This document shows, piece after piece, positions 25,263-32,000 of a DNA stretch of 32,000 nucleotides. The DNA lies in NCBI GenBank assembly GCA_002716355.1, contig PBAU01000003.1:210001-242000 (forward strand). The letters run 5' to 3'. The DNA is from a bacterium. GTDB taxonomy: Bacteria > UBP7 > UBA6624. The translations under genes and the position numbers were made by a program. The notes under the pieces are model-generated. The model was not told where the DNA came from and ran no database searches. It saw nothing but the letters and a program-made list of their open reading frames with translations. How positions within the stretch are numbered: the stretch's first letter is position 1; every line of letters starts with the position of its first letter.

Positions 25263-26611
25263 AACAATCCAATAATCAACGATGTATAAATGGTTACTCC
25301 GGTTATATCACAAATAGTTGAAATTAATGGTGCGCTCGCAATAGCAGGGTCAATTCTCCTCAAAGACATCAATAATGGTGTCCCTGTCCCAACTATACTG
25401 CCAGTCATTATTGCAGCTACAAGGCTTAAGCCGACCACCTTAAGCTGATTGAGCTCAAGAGACTGATTTGAAAAAAAATAAGAGATAGTGAAGACAAAGA
25501 AAGCACAGCACAAAGCCATAGCAAAGCCAACTTTTAACTGCTTTAAAACAAACCTCCATGGCTTTTCGGCTGAAAGCCTATTTGTGGCAAGAGCTCGAAC
25601 AACTATTACCGAAGACTGATTTCCAATTGCACCTCCCAAAGCCATTATCAATGGCAAAAACGCAATAAGCAAAACAAAATTCTCAATCGAATGACCTTTC
25701 GTCTCTAAAATTCTTCCTGTTAAGAAACTTCCGACCAGAGTCAAAAAAAGCCATGACATCCTTCTTAAAGCAATCCTCCAAGTTGTTTGGTTCACAGTCA
25801 GCTCCTCCTCGGAGAGACCAGCTAGCAAAAACACATCTTCAGTTGCTTCCTCTTGAACCATGTCAACAATATCATCTGGACTCAAAGCACCACAAAGTGT
25901 CCCTTCTTCATCGGTTACAGGAACCATCAAAAGACCATACTGTTCAAATACCTTAATCGCCTCTTCTTTATCTGAAGAAATTGAAACTGAAACAATTTCG
26001 TCTATAAAAACATCAGAAATAGGAAGACTTTCATCTGAATCACTAAGTTTTTTGAGGGTTGCGAAGCCTAAAAGCTTCCTATCGTCATCTACAACATAAA
26101 CAATATTTGAAAAATCATCATCAAAGCCAACAAGCTTTTCCAATGCATCTTTCACATTATCTTTTATATTTACAAACGCTGGCAAAACATCCATCCTTCC
26201 AGCTGCAGTATCTTCATCAAAATTCAAAAGATCACTTATTAAATGATTCTGCTTTTTAAGTTTTGAGGTTATCTCTTCCTTTGTAACATCCGGAAGAAAT
26301 CGGATAACAGCAGTTGCTATATCAGCTGGTAATTTGCGTAAAATTTTCATAGAATGATCTGTTTTCAATCTTGAAATCTGCTGTGCCAAAACATCCTCAT
26401 CCACTTTTTCAAGTATCAACTGCGGTCTAGGAGTTTTTAAAATTAAATCAAATAGCTTCTGCCTATTTTCTTTTTCCAATAGCGGAAAAACACTAGCAAT
26501 TTCACCAGGATGATATTTGAGTATAAATCTTCTTTTTCTTTGAATGCTCTTGTAACCTAATATCTTTTCCAAAGCTGCTAAAAGAATTGAATTACGCAAT
26601 TTGCCAGACAT
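25259..26611 (-). CDS. mgtE: magnesium transporter MgtE
   Basis: 450 aa. It has an N-terminal MgtE_N helical domain, tandem CBS region (VDDDRKLLGFATLKKL, VTDEEGTLCGALSPDDIV) and 5 C-terminal TM helices, with the conserved ICDITGVTIYTSL near the end. GGAG lies 8 nt upstream of the ATG. Confidence 0.85.
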   Translation of the reverse strand: MSGKLRNSILLAALEKILGYKSIQRKRRFILKYHPGEIASVFPLLEKENRQKLFDLILKTPRPQLILEKVDEDVLAQQISRLKTDHSMKILRKLPADIATAVIRFLPDVTKEEITSKLKKQNHLISDLLNFDEDTAAGRMDVLPAFVNIKDNVKDALEKLVGFDDDFSNIVYVVDDDRKLLGFATLKKLSDSDESLPISDVFIDEIVSVSISSDKEEAIKVFEQYGLLMVPVTDEEGTLCGALSPDDIVDMVQEEATEDVFLLAGLSEEELTVNQTTWRIALRRMSWLFLTLVGSFLTGRILETKGHSIENFVLLIAFLPLIMALGGAIGNQSSVIVVRALATNRLSAEKPWRFVLKQLKVGFAMALCCAFFVFTISYFFSNQSLELNQLKVVGLSLVAAIMTGSIVGTGTPLLMSLRRIDPAIASAPLISTICDITGVTIYTSLIIGLL

Positions 26612-26734
26612 GAATCAAGCTCCATTCAAATTGGCAAAAAAATAAAATTTTCCAGAAAACAATTTAATTTTGTACATTTTTATATGATTTTAGTTTTAAA
26701 AAAATACATTTACCCATTTTTAATACATAAAATG

Positions 26735-26749
26735 TAATCATTATGATTA
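26735..26749. promoter_or_regulatory. 15-bp perfect palindrome TAATCAT-T-ATGATTA overlapping the exbB-like start codon. Candidate repressor (Fur-box-like) site.
   Basis: Read directly. The right arm contains the ATG at 26743. The stretch TAATCATTAT is identical to positions 9-18 of the classical 19-bp Fur-box consensus GATAATGATAATCATTATC, but the overall match is only about 12 of 19. Confidence 0.3.
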
Positions 26750-27423
26750 ATCCAATTTCTTTATTTTTAAATAATTTCTTAACATCAGGAGGTCTAGGTG
26801 GATCAATCATCCTTCTAGTAATAATCCTTCTTTCAGTCTACGGCCTTGCAATAGTTTTCGAAAGAAGAAAAACATTTGCAAAAATACCCAAAGGTGGCGG
26901 CAAAGATGTCGTAAGGCGAATAATTAGCGCTTTGGAGATAAATGATATAGCTGAAGCAAAGGTGCAAACATCCTCAAGAAAAGATGTTTATTCTAGAATG
27001 CTAAAAACTGTTCTTGAATCAAGGGAATGCAGCAAGGCCATATTTGAGGAAAACATTTCAAAAACATTTCTCAAAATTTCATCTGATCTTGAAAGAAACC
27101 TGGCAAGCCTTGCAACAATTGTTGAATTTTCACCACTTATAGGTCTGCTTGGAACAATTGTAGGTTTAATGAAGATTTTTGGGAGCATCTCTGAAGGTGG
27201 GTTAGGACACCATGAAGAACTTGCAGGAGGTATATCGACCGCCCTTATAACAACAGCCGCAGGTCTTATAGTTGCAATATTCTTTGGAATAATACTCAGA
27301 TCTTACAAATCAAAAATCGAAGACATTTCAATGAATATTGAAAATTGTGTTTCAGATGTGGTTTCACATCCGTCATTTTTTCAAAAAAAAACAAATGACG
27401 GAATGGAGAATTCAAATAATTGA
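26743..27423 (+). CDS. MotA/TolQ/ExbB family proton-channel protein
   Basis: 226 aa with 3 TM helices. Family signature LATIVEFSPLIGLLGTIVGLMKIFGSI...GGISTALITTAAGLIVAI. Confidence 0.85.
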   Translation: MINPISLFLNNFLTSGGLGGSIILLVIILLSVYGLAIVFERRKTFAKIPKGGGKDVVRRIISALEINDIAEAKVQTSSRKDVYSRMLKTVLESRECSKAIFEENISKTFLKISSDLERNLASLATIVEFSPLIGLLGTIVGLMKIFGSISEGGLGHHEELAGGISTALITTAAGLIVAIFFGIILRSYKSKIEDISMNIENCVSDVVSHPSFFQKKTNDGMENSNN

Positions 27424-27830
27424 AAACTAGATTCAAAAACAAATCTGAAAATACAGAGCTAAAAATAGCCTGGACCCCTTTGATTGATATGGTTTTTATA
27501 CTACTTCTTTTTTTCGCCGTCACAACAACATGGGCCTCAAAAGAAGCTGGAATGAATATGGAATTACCAAACGCTGGCTCAGGAACACAGCAAAACAATA
27601 GCCAGATAATCTATGTGGATGAATTAGGAAGAATATACATAAACAATCAAGATACACCCCTTTCAATTTCTGATTTTCTAAATGAGCTAAATCGTTTTGA
27701 GAAAGATCAACCATGGGAAATAAGAGCTAACAAAAATGTCCCTTATGAAAAAGTTATCATTGTGCTTGACAATTTAAGAAAAGAAAAATATATGAATGTA
27801 ATACTCGCAGTTGAACCTAACAGAAATTGA
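27420..27830 (+). CDS. ExbD/TolR family biopolymer transport protein
   Basis: 136 aa. LKIAWTPLIDMVFILLLFF contains the conserved Asp in the single TM helix, followed by a periplasmic domain. The TTG start forms a TTGA overlap with the upstream stop. Confidence 0.85.
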   Translation: MKTRFKNKSENTELKIAWTPLIDMVFILLLFFAVTTTWASKEAGMNMELPNAGSGTQQNNSQIIYVDELGRIYINNQDTPLSISDFLNELNRFEKDQPWEIRANKNVPYEKVIIVLDNLRKEKYMNVILAVEPNRN

Positions 27831-28867
27831 AAAAACTAACTGAAATAGAAAAAAATATAATTCCAAAATCATTAAGGACACCTCTTAGGATTTCTATTTT
27901 CCTTCATGTTATATTGATTTCTTTTCTAGCTTTTATAAAATTTCCATTGCCTGAACCCCCTCCATTAATTTTGAAAATATCAGAAGAGCAAACAACAGAA
28001 AACGAAAAAGAAAAAGAAAATAACGAACCTGAGAAAGAACAAGAGGATTCACAAGGCCATGGTTCGAAAGAATTAAACACAGAAAGCAAAAAAGCAACAA
28101 ACAAAAAACCAACACAAGGCCAAATATACATAGTGAAATCTGGTGACAGTGTTGGAAAGATTGCTTCAGAGGCTGGAGTCAGCATTCAAGATATGAAAAA
28201 ATTCAACCCATGCGATCTTGGTAACAATCCATCACTGATAATTAAACCGGGAGATAGATTGATGATACCAGGAGCAGGAAGAAAAGAACCTGGGCCATGC
28301 AAAACAAAACAAGAAGAAAAAAACTCAAAAGAAATAACTGAAGAGGATCTTATAGAAACAATTTTAAAAACAACAGAAAACGCAGTTGAGGAGACAGTTG
28401 AGGAGACAGTTGAGGAGACAGTTGAGATAGACCCTTGCGCTGCTGATCAACCTTATGATGAAAGCTGCTGGCCATTAGACAAAGAAAGGCCAAAACCTCT
28501 TGTTACAAAATTAGCTGGATATGAGAATGTTGGCGGTTGGTTCAAGCAGCCAATAAAAGACAACAACGGTAAATTAATGGGGAGAGCTGAATTTGGAACC
28601 TCTTCATCACCATTAAATATTCCAAAAAATCTTACTGATGGTGATGGGCTTGCTAAAGGCACATCTGTAGTAATTGAAATGGAATTTTCAGAAAACGGAG
28701 AAGCCCAATCAGAACCAAAGATAATTTTGACAAGCGGATATGAATCACTCGACAAAAGAGCAATAGCCTGGATGAAGAAAACAACATTTAAAGACAGCTT
28801 CAATCGGCACCAAATGGAAAACGGTGGCATCCTGAGAATTCAATTCTATTTTCCAGGTGCCTCATGA
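27827..28867 (+). CDS. TonB/TolA-like energy-transducer protein with an embedded LysM peptidoglycan-binding domain
   Basis: 346 aa with an N-terminal TM helix (ISIFLHVILISFLAFI). A PEPPP plus Glu/Lys-rich linker follows. LysM spans aa 99-148 (YIVKSGDSVGKIASEAGVSIQDMKKFNP...IKPGDRLMIP). There is a VEET x3 repeat. The C-terminal domain is TonB_C-like (GTSVVIEMEFSENGEAQSEPKIILTSGYESLDKRAIAWMKKTTFK...GGILRIQFYF). The TTG start forms a TTGA overlap. Confidence 0.7.
   Translation: MKKLTEIEKNIIPKSLRTPLRISIFLHVILISFLAFIKFPLPEPPPLILKISEEQTTENEKEKENNEPEKEQEDSQGHGSKELNTESKKATNKKPTQGQIYIVKSGDSVGKIASEAGVSIQDMKKFNPCDLGNNPSLIIKPGDRLMIPGAGRKEPGPCKTKQEEKNSKEITEEDLIETILKTTENAVEETVEETVEETVEIDPCAADQPYDESCWPLDKERPKPLVTKLAGYENVGGWFKQPIKDNNGKLMGRAEFGTSSSPLNIPKNLTDGDGLAKGTSVVIEMEFSENGEAQSEPKIILTSGYESLDKRAIAWMKKTTFKDSFNRHQMENGGILRIQFYFPGAS
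28385..28426 (+). repeat. perfect in-frame 12-nt tandem repeat (GTTGAGGAGACA) x3 plus a GTTGAG partial copy, encoding VEET-VEET-VEET-VE in the TonB/TolA-like linker
   Basis: Read directly: gttgaggagaca at 28385-28396, 28397-28408 and 28409-28420, then gttgag at 28421-28426. Confidence 0.95.
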
Positions 28868-30747
28868 TTTTATCTCTTTTCTTAAGCCTGATCCTTAATC
28901 CGATCTCTATTGAAAATCAATTTATACAAATAAGAGTAAACCCGGGCCCATACGAGGAAGCCAGGTTTGGACTTGACACCACGCAAGGAAACCCAGAAGA
29001 ACCTAATGATGATGGAAAGAAATTAATATACGGAGCAAAAATGCCATGGTCTAGCTTTGCGATAATAAAAATAGATGAAAAAACATTCATTTTTGGTGGG
29101 CCTTCAAGAAGTGATAGAAAAAATTCTTTTGCGAACCTGCCAACCGGCAAAAAAATATCCGAACCCTATATTGAAGATGAAAAAATAATTTCAATTTGGG
29201 AATTTTCTGGAGTTGAGATTAGTCAAATTCTATCTTTTGAAAAAGGCTACTCCACAAACCTTAAAGATGCAATGGGTATTAGCTATATTGCAAAATCAAC
29301 TGACGAAAAAGAACATAGTGTTGGAATTACATTAATCCTTGACACTATGCTTGGAGAAAATGACGGAGCGCCACTAAGGGCAGAAGGAGCACAGGGGCTC
29401 ATTGAGTCAGAAATATGTTTTGAAAAGTCCGAATTACCAGAATTTTGGCAAGCTTGGGACACTGAAGATCAAGCAACAATCAAAGCTGAAGGCAGGCTAA
29501 AGATCAAAAATAAAGAAAACCCAAGAAAGCTAGTGTTAGCAAATTGGGGCAAGCTTGCAAAAACAAATTGGGATATAGAGTGTCAGCCAGGGGCAAGTTT
29601 TGTAAGAGATGGAGAATTTGAAGATGAAAAAGACACTGCTGTTGCTATAATTTGGGACTCAATCATCGTTAACAACAAAACGCAAGAATTTCATACTACA
29701 TATGGAATAGCAGATGCCCCAGCTCCTCCAGAATGCAAACCTCTATCTGCATACATAAGCGGCAAACCTTTTGAGATAGGAAGCAATGAAGAAAAATCTT
29801 TTTTTGGAAACTGGACAACTGATAAAGATTATCCTGTACAACCAAAAGAAGCAACTCTAAAAGTTTACTCTGATGATGGCTTAAAGGTGATAAATCCAGA
29901 AAAAGCAATAAATCTTCAAGAATACCCAAACGGATACCATTCATTCAAAATTTTCAACCCTGGAATAAATAAAAACAATGCTACCTATACTTTAAAAATA
30001 GAGTCGCCTGAAGGTTTTGAATGCACAACAACAAACAAAGTGAAAATATCAAAGCCTGCCAATTTAGAAATGAAGCTTATGCAAAAACCAACAATATCAT
30101 CAATTTCCGGCATACGACATGACCCTACAAAATTTTATGCAAGCTTAACTATTGAAAATTCTGGAGAAAGCAACTCTGAAAAAGGAAGTATAGAAATCCA
30201 AACAAGTCAAAAATTATCAATTTCATCAGATTTAAAAATTGATTTCGATAGCATTCCCCCAAAAGGGAAAAAAACTTTTTCATGGCTTGTCTCAATTGCT
30301 CCTGAGTCATCAGGATCAGCTTCATTAAATTGGATTTTGAACCATAAGAATGAAGAAAGAACATCTAAAAAAATTGAATTTGATATACCTTCTCTCAACC
30401 AACATATGAGAATAAAGTCAATACAAAGAAATTTTTCCAACTCTCTCGTAACGGCAGTGAAAATGAAGCCATTTTCAACTTTTTGGGGCCAATGGGAGCT
30501 TCCCGGAAAATGCTTATTTGCTGGAAATGGAGGTATAGAAAAACATGGATATACCGTTGAAACAAAATGCCATGAAAATATAGTTGAAGTTTTAATTTCA
30601 GGCAATGGAGATGAATTACCGCCTTTAGTTGGTCTTTTTAGAGTATTTCATTCTGGAAATCATGAAAAAAACTGGAATCGAATAAAAAATTGTATTAACA
30701 TTAATAAGACAAGTGAATGTCAAACATTAGAGGAGATATGGGAATGA
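28864..30747 (+). CDS. hypothetical secreted protein (627 aa): unknown N-terminal domain plus Ig/CARDB-like beta-sandwich region(s)
   Basis: Long ORF with an ATGA overlap to the upstream gene and a hydrophobic N-terminus (MILSLFLSLILNP). The first 290 aa or so (RFGLDTTQGNPEEPNDDGKKLIYG...) match nothing I can name. Residues around 400-500 (FYASLTIENSGESNSEKGSIEIQTSQ...KGKKTFSWLVSIAP) look like a CARDB-type sandwich. Confidence 0.6.
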   Translation: MILSLFLSLILNPISIENQFIQIRVNPGPYEEARFGLDTTQGNPEEPNDDGKKLIYGAKMPWSSFAIIKIDEKTFIFGGPSRSDRKNSFANLPTGKKISEPYIEDEKIISIWEFSGVEISQILSFEKGYSTNLKDAMGISYIAKSTDEKEHSVGITLILDTMLGENDGAPLRAEGAQGLIESEICFEKSELPEFWQAWDTEDQATIKAEGRLKIKNKENPRKLVLANWGKLAKTNWDIECQPGASFVRDGEFEDEKDTAVAIIWDSIIVNNKTQEFHTTYGIADAPAPPECKPLSAYISGKPFEIGSNEEKSFFGNWTTDKDYPVQPKEATLKVYSDDGLKVINPEKAINLQEYPNGYHSFKIFNPGINKNNATYTLKIESPEGFECTTTNKVKISKPANLEMKLMQKPTISSISGIRHDPTKFYASLTIENSGESNSEKGSIEIQTSQKLSISSDLKIDFDSIPPKGKKTFSWLVSIAPESSGSASLNWILNHKNEERTSKKIEFDIPSLNQHMRIKSIQRNFSNSLVTAVKMKPFSTFWGQWELPGKCLFAGNGGIEKHGYTVETKCHENIVEVLISGNGDELPPLVGLFRVFHSGNHEKNWNRIKNCININKTSECQTLEEIWE

Positions 30748-31382
30748 AAAAAATAACCTTGCTATTGATATTATCAATAATGAACATTGCAAACCTAAAA
30801 GGACTAGATGTAAGAGATCTATCTGAAGATCACCCTGCATACAACACCGTAATATACCTTATCGAAGAAGGTTTTTTAAGCACTTTTGACGGTGATGAAT
30901 TCAGAGGTGAGGAGTCTATAACTAGACTTGAGGTAGCAATGTTAGTTGACAAAATACTCAAACATGTTTCTTCCGGTGAGAAAAATCCAACAGCCCAAGA
31001 AGCTGATGCTATACGTTTATTGGCAGAAGAATTCAAAACAAACATCATAAGAATTGATGACAAGCTTTACGCTTTTGAGCAAAGAATCAAACTTCTGGAA
31101 AACGAGCAGTCTAAAGTTGTTGATGATTTTCTAGCAATCAAAATTGAAGTTGATGAAAAGCTAGCTAAATTCGAAAGTGACTTGGAATCATTACGACAAG
31201 GGTTAGAGAATCGATCCATACAGGAAGAAACAAAATTAATGCTTGATGAAATGAGCCTTAGATTAGCTGACCTTGAAACAAGAATGTCAGATTACGATAA
31301 AAAAAATGCAGATGGGTCAACAGCGCTTGAATCAAAATATGTATTTTGGCTTTTTGGACTGCTTGCTTTGGCATCCAGCTAA
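30744..31382 (+). CDS. SLH-domain / coiled-coil / C-terminal-anchor protein (Omp-alpha-like envelope tether, 212 aa)
   Basis: AGGAG at 30731-30735 lies 8 nt before the ATG at 30744, which forms an ATGA overlap with the upstream stop. Signal peptide MKKITLLLILSIMNIANL. One SLH motif is present (DHPAYNTVIYLIEEGFLSTFDGDEFRGEESITRLEVAMLVDKIL). A heptad-rich stretch of about 100 aa follows (LYAFEQRIKLLENEQSKV...LESLRQGLEN...LADLETRMSDY). The C-terminal hydrophobic helix is YVFWLFGLLALASS. Confidence 0.7.
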   Translation: MKKITLLLILSIMNIANLKGLDVRDLSEDHPAYNTVIYLIEEGFLSTFDGDEFRGEESITRLEVAMLVDKILKHVSSGEKNPTAQEADAIRLLAEEFKTNIIRIDDKLYAFEQRIKLLENEQSKVVDDFLAIKIEVDEKLAKFESDLESLRQGLENRSIQEETKLMLDEMSLRLADLETRMSDYDKKNADGSTALESKYVFWLFGLLALASS

Positions 31383-31388
31383 ACAAAT

Positions 31389-32000
31389 TTGAAAGTCCTG
31401 GTTACTGGTGGTGCTGGATTCATTGGGCACACAATATCTAAAAAATATATTGAAAAAGGTTACGACGTAACAATACTAGACAATCTTTCAACAGGGAAAA
31501 AAGAAAATATACCAGATGGTGCTAATTTTATATTTGGTGATATATGTGATTCAGAAATTATAAAAAAATTAGGATCATTTGACCTTTTAAGCCATCATGC
31601 AGCTCAAACAAGTGTAACTTTCTCTGTTAAAAATCCTTTAATTGATGCAAGGAACAATGTGTTTGGAACAATATCTTTACTTGAAAGCATGAAAGGGAAA
31701 GTGAATCAAATCATATTTGCAAGCACAGGTGGAGCGATATACGGCAATATAAAAAAAATAGCAACAGAAAAACATGCAAAAAATCCAAAATCACCATATG
31801 CGTTAAACAAAATGACTGGAGAAAAAATAGTTACCATGTGGGCCAAGCAAAACAAAACAAAAGCAACAATACTTAGATATTCAAATGTTTATGGTCCAGG
31901 TCAAGACCCTCATGGTGAATCTGGAGTTATAGCAATATGGATGAAAAACATACTTGAAAAAAAACCATGCATCATATATGGAGATGGCAACTCAGTAAGA
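31389..32000 (+). CDS. NAD-dependent epimerase/dehydratase (UDP-glucose 4-epimerase-like), 5' part. It continues beyond the window end.
   Basis: Not in the ORF track because there is no stop inside the window. TTG AAA GTC CTG GTT ACT GGT GGT GCT GGA TTC ATT GGG gives LKVLVTGGAGFIGH. Downstream are STGGAIYG and the catalytic SPYALNK (YxxxK). The reading frame stays open to position 32000. Confidence 0.75.
   Translation, partial: MKVLVTGGAGFIGHTISKKYIEKGYDVTILDNLSTGKKENIPDGANFIFGDICDSEIIKKLGSFDLLSHHAAQTSVTFSVKNPLIDARNNVFGTISLLESMKGKVNQIIFASTGGAIYGNIKKIATEKHAKNPKSPYALNKMTGEKIVTMWAKQNKTKATILRYSNVYGPGQDPHGESGVIAIWMKNILEKKPCIIYGDGNSVR

Noticed and set aside
26612-26742. Possible Mg2+ (M-box) riboswitch upstream of mgtE, and a Bacteroidetes-type -7 promoter motif TAATTTTG at 26664-26671
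   Set aside because: The gap is only 131 bp and extremely AT-rich. It lacks the GC-containing conserved helices of an M-box. The TAnnTTTG match is expected by chance in such AT-rich DNA, and this genome visibly uses SD sequences, unlike typical Bacteroidetes. The TACATTT direct repeats at 26672-26678 and 26705-26711 were noted but are too short to call.
27383-27391. A9 homopolymer near the 3' end of the exbB-like gene, plus similar A8-A9 runs at 4363-4370 and 19473-19481, considered as phase-variation tracts
   Set aside because: Poly-A runs of this length are frequent throughout this AT-rich window, for example in Lys-rich coding stretches. Nothing indicates alternative frames with meaningful products.
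26743-27830. MotA/ExbB plus ExbD pair considered as a Zorya-type defence motor or flagellar stator
   Set aside because: ZorA is far larger, with a long C-terminal tail, and ZorB/MotB carry OmpA-like domains. These two proteins have canonical ExbB/TolQ and ExbD/TolR sizes and motifs, and they are followed by a TonB_C-like protein. No ZorC/D-like genes are present.
28453-28830. 125-aa minus-strand ORF opposite the TonB-like gene, and the 132-aa ORF at 30207-30605 opposite the 627-aa gene
   Set aside because: They are antisense to long coupled CDSs and have no motif or RBS. They also break the otherwise seamless operon structure.
1-32000. Searched for rRNA, tRNA, CRISPR repeats, IS/transposase/integrase genes, prophage genes and recoded stop codons
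   Set aside because: No gap is large enough for an RNA gene except 5708-5908, which shows no tRNA-like T-arm or cloverleaf. The only direct-repeat array found is the 12-nt coding repeat at 28385-28426. TGA, TAA and TAG all terminate well-supported genes, so there is no evidence for an alternative genetic code.

Overview
This is a 32-kb, AT-rich and extremely gene-dense bacterial chromosome segment. I call about 31 CDS, and all non-coding gaps together add up to only about 0.5 kb. The code is standard: TGA, TAA and TAG all terminate the clear genes. AAGGAG-type RBS are visible before several starts. I found no rRNA, tRNA, CRISPR array, transposase or integrase.

Gene content, left to right:
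- 1-7.2 kb: a secreted glycan/mucin-processing locus. It holds an NPP-type phosphodiesterase, a 1097-aa CBM9-PA14-propeller protein with a lipoprotein-like signal, a DUF1080-SGNH fusion and an M60 peptidase. A short relic of a C5 DNA methyltransferase lies at 5730-5912.
- 7.2-9.2 kb: a PfkB kinase and rluD.
- 9.2-12.6 kb: a contiguous bacillithiol operon, bshC-bshB-bshA.
- 12.6-20.5 kb: an 8-kb, nine-gene minus-strand array with virtually no spacers. In transcription order it reads rsmD, coaD, an orphan, wzm, wzt, an SDR epimerase, an orphan, leucine dehydrogenase and a MoeZ-type E1.
- 20.5-26.6 kb: rpmB, a 509-aa membrane-anchored orphan, miaB, a TolC-like gene, a tiny degenerate nucleotidyltransferase-like gene and mgtE.
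- 26.7-31.4 kb: a five-gene, translationally coupled ExbB/ExbD/TonB-like module.
- 31.4-32.0 kb: the start of another epimerase.

The best candidate for an undescribed system is the five-gene module at 26.7-31.4 kb. Its gene order mimics tolQ-tolR-tolA-tolB-pal. However, the TolA/TonB-like protein carries a LysM domain, the TolB slot is filled by a 627-aa orphan, and the Pal slot is filled by a small Omp-alpha-like SLH/coiled-coil tether.

Other notable points are a roughly 6-kb higher-GC block whose left edge falls inside a single ORF, pervasive 4-nt ATGA/TTGA/GTGA gene junctions, and palindromes in the two real intergenic regions.

All functional calls come from reading motifs by eye. No database search was run.
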